Assembly (NCBI GenBank): GCA_031409955.1
Contig: JANNYF010000012.1
Coordinates: 25,927-89,926, forward strand
Source: Blastocatellia bacterium
GTDB taxonomy: Bacteria; Acidobacteriota; Blastocatellia; RBC074
Direction: 5' to 3'
DNA length: 64,000 bases
The translations under genes were made by a program, and so were the position numbers. Positions 10,401 to 19,709 of the stretch are shown here, one piece after another. Position 1 is the stretch's first letter, and every line of letters starts with the position of its first letter. The notes under the pieces are model-generated. The model did no database searches. It was given only the letters and a program-made list of their open reading frames with translations, and was not told the origin of the DNA.

Positions 10401-11219
10401 CATTCATTGCAGGTGGAATTGACCAAGCGTCTTGCCAACGGCTGGACGTTGCAAAGCAATTACACGTTCAGCAAAGCCATCGGTGAAGAAGAAGGCGCGG
10501 GGCAAGAGCAATTGGATAGCTACCGCAACGGCCGCAATCGGCGGTTGGACAAACGGCTGATGAGTTTTCATATCCCGCACGTGTTGCGCAACAGCGGCAC
10601 ACTTGAGCTGCCTTTTGGGCCGGGTCGTAAATTCTTGAGCAGCGGAAATCGCGTCGTCGCGCGCCTGGTGGAGCGCTGGCAATTCGGGTTGATTTACAAC
10701 CTGTTCTCCGGCTCGCCGCTGGGCATTAGTTCCGGCGTCTCCTCGTTCAATCAATTCACCGACAACACACCCATGTTGGTGGGCAACTTTGCGCCCAACC
10801 TGGGCAAGATCAAGCGCGTAGACAATGGCGTGATTTTCTTTGATGGGTTGAAGCAAATTGCTGATCCTGCCATTGCCAACGTGACGACTTCGCAAAATCT
10901 GCGCGCTTTGAGTACGTTGCAAGCCATCACGGATGCCAATGGACAAGTCTTGCTCGTCAATCCGACGCCCGGTCAGTTGGGCAATATTCAGCAGTCCTAT
11001 TTGGTTGGCCCCGGATCATTTCGCTTTGACATGAATTTGATCAAGCAAATCCGATTCCGGGAAAAGGCGAATTTCGAGATGCGGCTGGATGCCATCAATG
11101 TTCTGAATACGCCGCAATTCGGTACGATTAACACGGACATCAATTCGACGAACTTTGGACGTGTTACGAATGCGGGCGGTACTCGCCTGTTCGCCGCTTC
11201 GTTGCGGATTAACTTCTGA
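7443..11219 (+). CDS. TonB-dependent receptor-like outer membrane protein with N-terminal CarboxypepD_reg domain
   Basis: Signal peptide, then GTVTDKTEAMIPGATIIAEHVKTG...GVYSFPTLQPGVYQISAEKPGFK (carboxypeptidase regulatory-like fold). About 1250 aa with a C-terminal beta-barrel ending in the aromatic residue F. A hallmark Acidobacteria family. Confidence 0.85.
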   Translation: MRLLTLLALLCCCHLAFAQTNAALSGTVTDKTEAMIPGATIIAEHVKTGVKNTTTSNDSGVYSFPTLQPGVYQISAEKPGFKKLVMTNFGLEISARASLNLALEVGEITESSVNISAAVDTALALGTNSVGGVINGQKVQELPLPGRDALGLVLTQAGLVGSNFAGARIGTLNVSRNGINVMDQRINSGVNSTFFNSVDTVDEVKVITSPADAEYGRGSGQVLITTKSGGNQFHGSVFNFHRNTALNANTWFNNLQGIPRNTLIRNNYGGRLGGPIWFPKKAFGPMNYDGRNRSFFFVAFEGTRERAKAPTTVTVFTPTAKQGIYRFYPGVRNGNANAAVPTVDLSGNPIKPATATGDLQAINLFGRDPLRSRPDPTGLVQKQLAAMALPNNYRFGDGLNTAGYTWVRPFTFDSNQLTMRFDHQFTSSHRVSVEYLRETNGGLNQFLAQPLPDSPGGSYQDNTNFYSISYIATLSPRLVNEVRGGASRTLIRFEAPWESSSGRAFLPSSNNQIYVPVYLSVTTPINQSNDPQGRISPLYQYSDTITWLRGKHNFKGGAEVRFASTNGFNSFTVLPRAAIGVGGPAITNISTIPNIGLNLGGAQNMLNDLTGSLSTIQQAFNSPGGQSPTFLAGEGKQRTWRQREFSLFFKDDYKVRPNLTLNLGVRYEYYGVPWEANGKTAGLVNGSAGIFGISGTGFADLYQPGRNNGQLTQIKLVGKKSPNGGEQLYRDDWNNFAPAVGLSWSLPWLGRDKTVLRVGYGIGYERNSLRLLDVVAGDQPGLRTVTTFRQTAYLDLSKVVLPLTPDVAPLTTVPLTDRTQTVRAFDSNLRTPYVQNWNLSIQRQLSSNFALDVRYVGNKGTKLIRGANINEANIFETGILEAFNAVRAGGTHPFLENMFRGLNLGSGAINGTTVTAGQSLRASTQTQGFFANGNVGGFANFVNSTNLFTGVAGGLLRRADLPENFIVGNPQFAAANLTGNYANSTYHSLQVELTKRLANGWTLQSNYTFSKAIGEEEGAGQEQLDSYRNGRNRRLDKRLMSFHIPHVLRNSGTLELPFGPGRKFLSSGNRVVARLVERWQFGLIYNLFSGSPLGISSGVSSFNQFTDNTPMLVGNFAPNLGKIKRVDNGVIFFDGLKQIADPAIANVTTSQNLRALSTLQAITDANGQVLLVNPTPGQLGNIQQSYLVGPGSFRFDMNLIKQIRFREKANFEMRLDAINVLNTPQFGTINTDINSTNFGRVTNAGGTRLFAASLRINF

Positions 11220-11239
11220 TTAGGAATCACGAAGTGGTT

Positions 11240-11303
11240 CGATAAACTACAGTTTGTCGGGCGTTATAACCTCTCACGCCGGACGACAAACTGTAGTTTA
11301 TCG
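11240..11303. repeat. Family B palindromic element: perfect 20-bp inverted repeat (cgataaactacagtttgtcg / cgacaaactgtagtttatcg), 24-nt spacer
   Basis: Seen directly. Related to the copy at 27517-27598, with shared core GACAAACTNNAGTTTNTCGGACAG. Confidence 0.6.
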
Positions 11304-11743
11304 GACAGTTGTCGCCAGTTATGCGCAAGCCCTACTGATTTTATACCTGCGGGCGTATTTGGAAATTCGATCTTTGCCGTTAGCTCCAGAGGAGCGAGCT
11401 ATTTATAGTAGGAGCGCGCCATTTTACCCAAGCTCCAGAGGAGCGAAATGTGTCCGATGCCGCTCCGATGGAGCTAGACAGTATCTGGCGATACGGTGGC
11501 TATAAAGATTCCGCGCCGCTGGCGCTAATTCCCAAACACGCTCTGAGAGGCATAGTGGTGAGTCAGCTCTGTGCCTCTTGTTTTTCCTCATCCTCACCAG
11601 ATTAACTCTCAGCAAAACTGACGCGCCGCTTTTTTTTCGCTGCGTCGCGGTGTCCCCGTGTCGCCCTTCTATGCTATTCTTGCGCCGCTGGAAACAGTGG
11701 TTGGTCACGCGGTATTCAGAATTCAAAATTAGTGTTCACGGTC

Positions 11744-12682
11744 ATGCCTGAATTTGTCTTCCAATTCGGCTCTTATTTCCCCACTATCGGGTGGAAAGAC
11801 CTGCTCGACATTTGCATCGTCGCGTTTTTGGTGTACGAAGTCTTGCGATTGATTCGCGGAACACGCGCCGTGCAGATGGCTGCCGGGCTGATCGCCCTTG
11901 CGTTTTTGTATCAAGTCTCGCGGTGGTTCGGCCTTGATACCGTGGAATGGGTGTTGCGCAATGCGGTGGTGTATTTGGGCGTGGGGATTATTGTGCTTTT
12001 TCAGCGCGAACTGCGGGCGGCCTTGCTGCATTTCGGCAAAAACTTTCGGCAACCCTTTGTGCGCCGACGTGCCAATGCTCACGCACACAGTTGGTATGAC
12101 GACGTCGTGCAGGCGGCGCTGGATTTAGCGAAAGATAAGATTGGCGCGCTGATCGTCCTTGAGCGCGATGTTGGGTTGAAGACCTACGTCGAAAGCGGCA
12201 TTCGATTGGATGCCCGGTTGACCTACGATTTGCTGGTGACGATTTTCAATACGAATACGCCTTTGCACGATGGCGCGGCAATCATCAGCAAACATCGGCT
12301 GGCAGCAGCGTCCTGCTTCCTGCCCTTGACCCAAGCCCCTTATACGGCACGAAAGCTAGGGGCGCGGCATCGCGCGGCGATTGGCATTACCGAAGACACG
12401 GATGCGTGCGCGGTGGTCGTTTCCGAAGAAACTGGCAAGATATCCTATGCCGTTGGTGGTCGGCTGACGCCCGATCTGGATGCGCCGCGCTTACGCCGTC
12501 TGATTCAACAAGCGCTGGAACCCTGGCATACAGACGAAGAGGCGGAGGCCATCGAAGTCGAAGAACGCGAGCATGAACTAGCCATGCAGAACATTCTGGA
12601 TGAGCGACGGGCCAGCGTCAGAGGCCATCATGAAATTCCCGAACCGTTCAGCGAAAATTTGCCAGAGGAGGTCAAGCCGTGA
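11744..12682 (+). CDS. cdaA: Diadenylate cyclase (c-di-AMP synthase), membrane-anchored CdaA/DacA
   Basis: N-terminal TM helices followed by a DAC domain (HDGAAIISKHRLAAASCFLPLT, LGARHRAAIGITEDTDACAVVVSEETGKISYA). GTG at 11732 is an alternative start. Confidence 0.85.
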   Translation: MPEFVFQFGSYFPTIGWKDLLDICIVAFLVYEVLRLIRGTRAVQMAAGLIALAFLYQVSRWFGLDTVEWVLRNAVVYLGVGIIVLFQRELRAALLHFGKNFRQPFVRRRANAHAHSWYDDVVQAALDLAKDKIGALIVLERDVGLKTYVESGIRLDARLTYDLLVTIFNTNTPLHDGAAIISKHRLAAASCFLPLTQAPYTARKLGARHRAAIGITEDTDACAVVVSEETGKISYAVGGRLTPDLDAPRLRRLIQQALEPWHTDEEAEAIEVEEREHELAMQNILDERRASVRGHHEIPEPFSENLPEEVKP

Positions 12683-13401
12683 ATTGGAAATCTGCCGCCG
12701 CCGCCGCCAAAGATTTGCACCCGCTTTCACTCTCCTGGGCCTGGTTCCGTAATAATGTGAAGGAAAATGGGCGGCTGACCTTGATGTCATTGGGCGTCGC
12801 GTATTTGTTTTTCGTGGTTTCGCGGCAGCCCGACCGGGACATTATGGTGGCGGGAGTCCCCTTGGAATTTACGAGCATTCCCGCCGGGTTAGAAATCAGC
12901 AGCGAGGTTCCCTCGACGGTCAATGTTCGCTTGCACGGCCCGCGCGATCTGGTGCAGGGGATCACCGCCAACGAATTAGAAGTCAAAGCCACTTTGGGCA
13001 ACAAAACTGCGGGCGAGCGCGTCATTCAACTCAAAGCCTCTGACGTGATCCTGCCGGACAAAGTTGAAGTCCGACGGATTGAACCGCCCGCCATCGAACT
13101 TAAACTCGAACCGACGCGGCGCAAAATTGTGCCTATCGAAACGCAATTCGTCGGGGTTGTCGCGGAAGGCTTTGAGCGAAGCCGGACGCAGTTGGAACCC
13201 GCCACGGTTCAGATCGAAGGCCCCGACTCGCGCGTGTCACAAGTGACCAAAATTTTGACCGAGAGCATTCCATTGGGAGACAAACGCGCCAGCTTTCAAT
13301 TGCAAGTTGATCTCGAACCTGGCAAGTCCGGCGTGCGCATCGTGCATGTGGCACCGATCAAGGTGGTGGTGGAAATCGCTGCCAAAAAGAATATCGAGTA
13401 G
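12679..13401 (+). CDS. cdaR: CdaA regulatory protein CdaR (YbbR-like domains)
   Basis: GTG start overlaps the cdaA stop in a GTGA arrangement. TM anchor plus YbbR-like repeats. Canonical cdaA-cdaR gene order. Confidence 0.7.
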   Translation: MNWKSAAAAAKDLHPLSLSWAWFRNNVKENGRLTLMSLGVAYLFFVVSRQPDRDIMVAGVPLEFTSIPAGLEISSEVPSTVNVRLHGPRDLVQGITANELEVKATLGNKTAGERVIQLKASDVILPDKVEVRRIEPPAIELKLEPTRRKIVPIETQFVGVVAEGFERSRTQLEPATVQIEGPDSRVSQVTKILTESIPLGDKRASFQLQVDLEPGKSGVRIVHVAPIKVVVEIAAKKNIE

Positions 13402-13473
13402 GTTGACAATCCCAAAGGCACTCCGTAAGATGGCGGCTCGCTGTAATCCCGAATAGTACAGCACTTCGGAATG

Positions 13474-13552
<79 letters not shown>

Positions 13553-13565
13553 TTATTTCAAGCAG

Positions 13566-13600
13566 TGAAGGCTTCCAATTGGAAGCCTTTTGCTTTTGCA
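13566..13600 (+). terminator. Rho-independent terminator after tRNA-Pro
   Basis: Perfect palindrome gaaggcttccaattggaagcctt followed by ttgcttttgc. Confidence 0.6.
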
Positions 13601-13691
13601 TAAACGCTATCCACAGATTCTCGCCCCCAGAAATTTCATACCTTCGCCGCATACGTTTTTCATACATATTCCGTCAGGATGAGGTAGACGC

Positions 13692-14570
13692 TTAATTGAG
13701 TTCGACCAACTCAATCGCCACCATATCTGGCCCTTCAATCAGGGCTGCCCGCATTTGGCTTTTGCCGAAGCGATGCGGTTCTTCCAGGATTTTCACGCCT
13801 TCTTTCCGCAATCGTTCCAGCGTGGCGTTGAGGTTGGGGACGCTGAGGGCAATGTGATCTACCACGTGTCCACGTGAGCTGACAAGCGCTTCAGGACGTT
13901 GGCGGGGGTAGATAATCAGACTGACTTCGCCAAATCGAATGGTGGTGGCTGGCGAGCGAATTACGCCGAGCGGTTCGCTTGGCGCGGCGAAAGGGACTTC
14001 GCACGCGCCTGTGCGTTGTGCGCGGCTCGTTGCGCCGAGATGTTTGATATACCAATCAGCAGCGCAGAGCGGCGCGGCGCTGACTAAATGGACGTGCAGA
14101 AACGCGCGCGTGTTGGCTGTATTGATTTCAACCAGAGCGTTGTCCGGCGCTTTCAGATAGGCGAAGAGCAAGTTGGCATTCAAGCGCGTCAGTGGCGTGG
14201 CAAAGGTGATGCCGTTGGCGAGATGCTTTTGATAATCGCTCTCCATCGCCGTACTGCCCCAGCCAAAATGCCAGATCGCGCTGTCCAATGAAGCGATGGG
14301 GGGCTTGCTCACTTGATTGAAGAGCAAGTGCATTTTTTCGCTTTGCACGCTCTCCCAGCCTGCTAGTGACGCTTTCTTCGTTACATCAAAAGTTTTTGTA
14401 TAGAAATCAATCGCGGCGGGCGGATTGGTGGAATTCAAGTGAACGTGATGGAAGCCAATGGGCGCAGGCGTTTCCTGCGCCTTTGCGATAAAGACGATAA
14501 GAATTGCCACAATGAGGCAAGGAAGAAATGGGAAGCCGTACGATAGACAATCCTTCCACTGCTTTTTCAT
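13692..14570 (-). CDS. Secreted two-domain VOC (glyoxalase/bleomycin-resistance/extradiol dioxygenase superfamily) protein
   Basis: Signal peptide, then two VOC-like halves (FHHVHLNSTNP..., HVVDHIALSVPNLNATLERLRKEGVKILEEP). Start taken at MKKQWKD. Confidence 0.6.
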   Translation of the reverse strand: MKKQWKDCLSYGFPFLPCLIVAILIVFIAKAQETPAPIGFHHVHLNSTNPPAAIDFYTKTFDVTKKASLAGWESVQSEKMHLLFNQVSKPPIASLDSAIWHFGWGSTAMESDYQKHLANGITFATPLTRLNANLLFAYLKAPDNALVEINTANTRAFLHVHLVSAAPLCAADWYIKHLGATSRAQRTGACEVPFAAPSEPLGVIRSPATTIRFGEVSLIIYPRQRPEALVSSRGHVVDHIALSVPNLNATLERLRKEGVKILEEPHRFGKSQMRAALIEGPDMVAIELVELN

Positions 14571-14590
14571 GGAGGTTCTCTTTCTCCGGT

Positions 14591-15139
14591 TCATTCGGCC
14601 TTGCGAAACCACGGATTGCCGAAATTGGTATACGGGCCATTGTCCACGGAAATCTGTACGAGCAAGCGGTAATGAGCGGGAGAGAGCATCAATGTTTTGC
14701 CTTTCAACTTGATCGTTTTGCCGTTTTTCTTGAGCGGCTCTGTTTCCCAGAAAATTGTGTAATACCCGCCGAGGTCGCCGCCAATTGGGCCGACTTTTTT
14801 CAGCACTAAATTACCGAACAGCCCGGTTTCAGACCGTGTGACCTGTTTCTGTTTCTCGTTGTAATCGGTAGTCGCGCGGCCTTTGAGGATGCCGCTCGGC
14901 CCTTCGCCTTCGATGATGCTTTCGTATTTTCCGTCGGCAATTTTCTTGTAGGTTTCTTTGCCCTTGAGCTTGCCTGCCGGGCCAAGTGGAGATTCAGGTA
15001 CGTTCCATTCAAACGTCCACGCGCCCACAAAGTAATCCATGTTTGGCGGTGGCGTTTGGTCAGTCGGCTCGGTTGGACGCGACGGTTGTTGCGGTGCTTG
15101 TTGGAATAATAACAAGGCTAAAATCAGGGCTTTAATCAT
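14591..15139 (-). CDS. Secreted hypothetical protein (DUF1579-like)
   Basis: Signal peptide [12 protein letters not shown], a Pro/Thr-rich linker and a roughly 140-aa beta-rich domain. Family assignment tentative. Confidence 0.5.
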   Translation of the reverse strand: MIKALILALLLFQQAPQQPSRPTEPTDQTPPPNMDYFVGAWTFEWNVPESPLGPAGKLKGKETYKKIADGKYESIIEGEGPSGILKGRATTDYNEKQKQVTRSETGLFGNLVLKKVGPIGGDLGGYYTIFWETEPLKKNGKTIKLKGKTLMLSPAHYRLLVQISVDNGPYTNFGNPWFRKAE

Positions 15140-15147
15140 AGGTTTTA

Positions 15148-15246
15148 GTGGTCGGTGGTCGGTGGCCGGTGGCTGGTGATCCGTTGTTGGTTATTAGTTG
15201 CAAAGGGAACCCATTGCTGACCACCGACCACCGTCCACCGACCACC
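15148..15246. repeat. Family C hairpin repeat built of GGTCGGTGG units (imperfect long inverted repeat)
   Basis: gtggtcggtggtcggtggccggtggctggtga ... tgaccaccgaccaccgtccaccgaccacc. A second member lies at 56880-56960. Confidence 0.5.
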
Positions 15247-15248
15247 AA

Positions 15249-16679
15249 TTATTTGCTCGCGCTCTGCGATGGTTTCGTTAAGACCTTGCTGTCAACGGTG
15301 TACTCAAACCACGGGATAAACATCTCATCCCAACTCTGCTCGCTCCAATAGACTTCCTTGTTGGGCGCGGGATTGTAGCGGTTCTTGATTGAGTTGTCGT
15401 AATGCGCAACCGCCTGAATCCGGCTTCCGGCGGGAATCTTGAGTGGTTCTTTTAGCTCATAATGCAACTGCCAATTGAAATCGAACTTCGGCACATAGAG
15501 CAAAACCTGCTTGCGACCATCCGGCCAAATCAACGTGTATTTGATGTCTTTGCCGCGCAAGTGCATGTGCGGCGCAAAGGCATACAACGTGATCGCTTCT
15601 TTGATCGGTGTTTCGGCGCTGATTTCCCAGTTGTCTACACGGGGCGGAATGTTCGGAATCCTGCCGCGCACTTTGACTTCTTTGCCGTTGACTGTGCGGG
15701 TCTCTGCTAACTCTTTGCCTTCGATGAAAACATTGTCCGTGACGCCTTTGGTCAGTACTTCGTACTTGGGCGGTTGCTTGGCAAACCAAAGCCCTAAACG
15801 CGAGCGATCTTTCTCCGCACGACCACTCGGTTGATAGTGCATATTGAACTGAACGTACATGCCCGGCAGGATGCGTTTCGCCGTACCTGCGGGATGTTTC
15901 TCAAAGCCCTTGCCCGGCGCTTGTCCGACTAACTTGAATGCGCCGGAACGCGTGAACGAATCCTGACTCTGCGCCACTTCGCGTGTTACGCCTTCACTCA
16001 GTCCACCGGTCTCACGGGCGGATTGGCTGTTGAGTGCCGAAGTGGCTCCATCCGCACGAACGGCTCTGCCATTGACGATCTTTGCGCCTTCCGGCAGCCG
16101 CACGACGTTGGCGATGGAGTGATGCACGACGGCTGGATTGCCGGGGCGAAGTTCGACTTTCTCGACCCATCGTTCTTCATTGAAGGGAAGCGGCACATAG
16201 AAGTTTTGCATCGGCAATTCGCCCTCCGCAGGAACTTCAAAATCAATCGGCATTTCGATGACTACATCTGGTTCGCCGAACGTCCAACCGGGCGTGTAAT
16301 TCGGCATCTTGGGCAAGTCTTTGTCATCGCCTTTTGGCGCGCCTGCGTCTACCCAAGTCGTGATGAGCTTGATCTCTTGTTCGGATAAGCGACGGTCGTT
16401 GCTGAAGTGGGCGGTCGAGATGTTTGGATCAGCAAACCACGGCGGCATCGTCCGTTCGACGACTTCTTCGCGGATGGCTTTGCTCCACGGACGCACTTCG
16501 GCATAAGACGTCAGCGGCATCGGCGCGACTTCGCCGGGGCGATGACAGTTGGCGCATTTGTTGAAGATGATGGGCGCAACGTCTTTGGTGAAGGTCACGC
16601 CAGCGGCTTCATTTTTGTTCACGAACCAAATAGTCGCGGCGCTTAGAACTGCGAACAGAATGATGGACAATCGTTTCAT
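15249..16679 (-). CDS. Fusion protein: N-terminal mono-heme cytochrome c domain plus DBH/PHM-like (copper type II monooxygenase-like) domain
   Basis: RBS ggagg precedes ATG at 16679. Signal peptide. CANCH heme-binding motif. Downstream HH...(about 70 aa)...H...(about 66 aa)...HMH...(about 75 aa)...DEMF spacing mirrors the PHM/DBH CuH (H,H,H) and CuM (H-x-H, Met) sites, with a conserved YDFNWQ. Confidence 0.65.
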   Translation of the reverse strand: MKRLSIILFAVLSAATIWFVNKNEAAGVTFTKDVAPIIFNKCANCHRPGEVAPMPLTSYAEVRPWSKAIREEVVERTMPPWFADPNISTAHFSNDRRLSEQEIKLITTWVDAGAPKGDDKDLPKMPNYTPGWTFGEPDVVIEMPIDFEVPAEGELPMQNFYVPLPFNEERWVEKVELRPGNPAVVHHSIANVVRLPEGAKIVNGRAVRADGATSALNSQSARETGGLSEGVTREVAQSQDSFTRSGAFKLVGQAPGKGFEKHPAGTAKRILPGMYVQFNMHYQPSGRAEKDRSRLGLWFAKQPPKYEVLTKGVTDNVFIEGKELAETRTVNGKEVKVRGRIPNIPPRVDNWEISAETPIKEAITLYAFAPHMHLRGKDIKYTLIWPDGRKQVLLYVPKFDFNWQLHYELKEPLKIPAGSRIQAVAHYDNSIKNRYNPAPNKEVYWSEQSWDEMFIPWFEYTVDSKVLTKPSQSASK

Positions 16680-16690
16680 GGCGTACCTCC

Positions 16691-18007
16691 TTAGCGGCTT
16701 GAACTGCTGGCAACTTGCGGCTGCGCTTTGCGCAAATCCTGTTTGTCGAGCGTGTAATCTACATACCCGATCATCATTTCTTCCCACGTCTGATCGCCCC
16801 AACGAACCGTTGCCGTTGGATCAGGATTGAATTTATTTTTCGGCGAATTGTCGTAATGGGCGACACAAATGAGCTTGCTGCCTTTCGGCACGGCGAGTTC
16901 TTCTTTTAGCACATACGTTAACTGCCAGCCAAAATCATAGCGCGGCACCGACAGAATGACTTTCGACGTGCCATCAGGATAGACGAGCGTGTATTTGAAA
17001 TCTTTGCCGCGCACGTGCATGTGTGGATGCAAACTGTCAACGTGGCTGTCTTCTTTGAAGACCATTTCAGAAATGACTTCGTGATTGTCTGCACCGGGCG
17101 GAATGGCAAAACTGCTTTGCACCGCGCCCGCCGTAATGACACGTTTCTGCACGGGTTCTTTGGCGAAGATTAAGCCAATGCTGGTGCGGTCTTTGCCCAC
17201 TTCGCCGTTCGTGGTGTAGTGAATCTGGAAGATCAGCACCGAACCTTTCTTGACGAGTTTGGCTTGACCGTTGCGCAGTTCCAGCGGCGCTTCACCCGGT
17301 GCCCATCCGACCAGACGGCCATCTGAATCGGCGGGACGTTCACTTGAACTTCGACGAACTGAAGCGAGGTCGGCGGGATTGATTTCACCGGGCTTCGGCA
17401 AATCGCCTTGATCCGGGTAACGCACGCTTACGATGACGTGATGCAAATGCGCGCGATCACCCTGTCGAATCTCAGCGAATTGCACATACTTGTCTTCGGT
17501 GAAGTTCGTCGGCACCGCGAAATATTTGTACGGAATGACGCCTGTGACGGGAATGTTGAATTCGGTCGGCATCGTCAGCACGACGTCTGGTTGCCCGATT
17601 TGCCAGCCCGTTGTGTACGTTGGATTGGGCGGCATATCTTTCGGCTCACCTTCTTTCGCGCCGCCCTCAACCCAGGCCACAATCGTATCAATCTCTTTTT
17701 GTGACAGGCGCGCATTGTTGGAAAATTCACCGTGATTGGGATCGGCGAACCACGGCGGCATGACGCGGGAAACGACCTGTTCACGGATGGATCGTGCCCA
17801 CGGGCGCACCTCTTTGTAGTTCATGAAAGACATTGGCGCGACTTCGCCGGGACGATGGCACATCTGGCAATTTTTTTGAATGATCGGTGCCACATCTTTG
17901 GTGAACGTCACAGTTGCGGCAGACGTTTGCCGCAACAAGACAGATGATAATCCGATGCCGAGCATTGCAATCGCGCCCAACACACACAGGAACAAAGTAC
18001 GTTTCAT
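16691..18007 (-). CDS. Fusion protein: cytochrome c domain plus DBH/PHM-like copper monooxygenase-like domain (tandem paralog)
   Basis: CQMCH heme motif. [17 protein letters not shown] and TWEEMM motifs at the same spacing as the downstream paralog. 11-nt gap to the next gene. Confidence 0.65.
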   Translation of the reverse strand: MKRTLFLCVLGAIAMLGIGLSSVLLRQTSAATVTFTKDVAPIIQKNCQMCHRPGEVAPMSFMNYKEVRPWARSIREQVVSRVMPPWFADPNHGEFSNNARLSQKEIDTIVAWVEGGAKEGEPKDMPPNPTYTTGWQIGQPDVVLTMPTEFNIPVTGVIPYKYFAVPTNFTEDKYVQFAEIRQGDRAHLHHVIVSVRYPDQGDLPKPGEINPADLASVRRSSSERPADSDGRLVGWAPGEAPLELRNGQAKLVKKGSVLIFQIHYTTNGEVGKDRTSIGLIFAKEPVQKRVITAGAVQSSFAIPPGADNHEVISEMVFKEDSHVDSLHPHMHVRGKDFKYTLVYPDGTSKVILSVPRYDFGWQLTYVLKEELAVPKGSKLICVAHYDNSPKNKFNPDPTATVRWGDQTWEEMMIGYVDYTLDKQDLRKAQPQVASSSSR

Positions 18008-18141
18008 ATTGAACCTCTTAAATAATCTGCGAGCAGAGAAACTGAAATCGGAGCCAACAGCATCCGAACTCTAATACCGTCTTCCAGTCAGTGGAAGAAA
18101 AATTTCAATTCAAGACAGCTACGTGCGCCAGATGTGCCAGG

Positions 18142-18576
18142 TTACTTGCTGTCTTTTGACTTTGATCCAAGGCTGCGCAGGAATAGCACAACCTGCCAAA
18201 TTTGCTTGTCGTTCAACTTTTCTTTGTAGGCCAGCATATCCGCCGAAACGCCTTCTTTGACAGCCACAAAGATTTCACCATCGGTTGAACCGTAATCCCA
18301 CGCGTCATCCGTTAAGTCAGAAGGCGTGCCGCCCGACAACGCCATCCCGCCATCGCCTTTGCCATTCGGCCCGTGACACGAAGCGCAATAACGCGCATAA
18401 ACCTTCTTGCCTGCATCAATCGTTTCTGCGTTGCTCGGTTCTGGGTTCTTCAGCTTCTGCGCCTCCGCATTGCGGCGTGGTTCTTGCGATGCGTTCGCCG
18501 CTACTGCAACAAAGATCGCCCCCACCGCCAGCAGCCGACCGACCACCGACCAATTACTATTCCTGTGGTACATCAA
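18142..18576 (-). CDS. Class I c-type cytochrome (soluble/anchored mono-heme)
   Basis: Signal/anchor helix, then [17 protein letters not shown] (CxxCH) and a distal Met-containing segment. Confidence 0.8.
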   Translation of the reverse strand: MMYHRNSNWSVVGRLLAVGAIFVAVAANASQEPRRNAEAQKLKNPEPSNAETIDAGKKVYARYCASCHGPNGKGDGGMALSGGTPSDLTDDAWDYGSTDGEIFVAVKEGVSADMLAYKEKLNDKQIWQVVLFLRSLGSKSKDSK

Positions 18577-19036
18577 AATTCTCCACTAAATACTCTGGGT
18601 GCATTTCGCGCAGGTACAAGAACAATTCGTGCACCAGATTCACCAGCCGATTCACCCCATACGCGTACTCATCGTTTTTGACCTTGAGCGAGATGGACAC
18701 CGCACCGCGCTGATTTGTACAAGACAACACGGCGCGCGCACGATCAATGCGCCGATGCTCCGGCAATTCGCCAGCGTGTCGCTCCGCCAAAAAGGTTTTC
18801 AATTCGCCGTACAATTCTGAACCCGTCGGAATGCCCGGCAGCAGTTGCTTGAAGCGCAACACCTGCTTTTCTGTATCTGCGATCAATTCCATCTCGCGGC
18901 GTAAGAGCCAAACGAAGGTGAACTGCCCGTTCTTGTCTTCACTGAAGCCGCGAAAGACGCCACGATCTGCGTAGGCTTGTAAACTTTCTCTGACTTCATC
19001 CAGAGGCTTATGGGTTCGTTTGGGAGCCGTTTTCAT
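18557..19036 (-). CDS. Hypothetical protein translationally coupled to doc
   Basis: ATG at 19036 overlaps the doc TGA stop in an ATGA arrangement. No recognisable motif. Confidence 0.45.
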   Translation of the reverse strand: MKTAPKRTHKPLDEVRESLQAYADRGVFRGFSEDKNGQFTFVWLLRREMELIADTEKQVLRFKQLLPGIPTGSELYGELKTFLAERHAGELPEHRRIDRARAVLSCTNQRGAVSISLKVKNDEYAYGVNRLVNLVHELFLYLREMHPEYLVENFDVPQE

Positions 19037-19470
19037 ACACCTAACAGATTTTGAAACCAATCAGCTATTTCTGGAATTGTGCGCGGTGACATGTTTTCAC
19101 CGCGTGACTGGCGCAGATTTTCTTCTGCCAGCGAAACGCAGAAATCAATCACATCATTGATCGGTAACTTCTCCGGGATCACGTACCCGCAGTTGTCGAG
19201 AAAAAAGATCGCTGCTGCGAAGGCCGTTCGTTTCGTCCCGTCCATAAATGGATGGCTTTTGACCAGCGAATGAAACAGCGCAGCAGCCTTTTCAAAATCG
19301 GTTTCGTAAAGCTCCTGCCCGCCGAATGCCGCAAAAGGTCGTGCCACCGCCGAATGCCGCATCGTTGCTTCGCGCAATCCTACAATGCCGCCTGTTTCCG
19401 CGATGATGACCTCGTGTATTTCATAGACACGGACGAGTAAATTAGCGACCTCATCGGCATAATCAGTCAT
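19033..19470 (-). CDS. doc: Doc (death-on-curing) / Fic family toxin
   Basis: Fic/Doc signature [15 protein letters not shown]. About 145 aa. Immediately downstream of a small RHH-like gene. Confidence 0.8.
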   Translation of the reverse strand: MTDYADEVANLLVRVYEIHEVIIAETGGIVGLREATMRHSAVARPFAAFGGQELYETDFEKAAALFHSLVKSHPFMDGTKRTAFAAAIFFLDNCGYVIPEKLPINDVIDFCVSLAEENLRQSRGENMSPRTIPEIADWFQNLLGV

Positions 19471-19475
19471 CGGGG

Positions 19476-19697
19476 TTACCGTTGCGCCAGGGTCTCAAAT
19501 AGTTCACGGTTTTGCGTAATTAACTGCCGCACGAACGGGATGGCGCTTTCACTAAAGCGGCTACCGTTTGCTGTCGGTTGCTGCGCCAGCCAGATTTCTA
19601 CGGCAGCGATTGCAACGGCTTCCACATCTTTTTCAGGAATCGCGCGCGTGCGCAATTGTTCGGTCAAGGTTTCAGGTAATTCGATTGTTAGTGTCAT
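19476..19697 (-). CDS. Ribbon-helix-helix/Phd-like antitoxin
   Basis: 73 aa. N-terminal TLTIELPETLTEQLRTRA is RHH-like. 5-nt gap to doc. Confidence 0.55.
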   Translation of the reverse strand: MTLTIELPETLTEQLRTRAIPEKDVEAVAIAAVEIWLAQQPTANGSRFSESAIPFVRQLITQNRELFETLAQR

Positions 19698-19709
19698 GTC
19701 TTTACCCCG

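Noticed and set aside
13694-13718. Hairpin attgagtt...aactcaat as a terminator
   Set aside because: Lies inside the 3' coding end of the VOC gene rather than downstream of it. The palindromic hairpin at 13566-13600 is the better terminator candidate.
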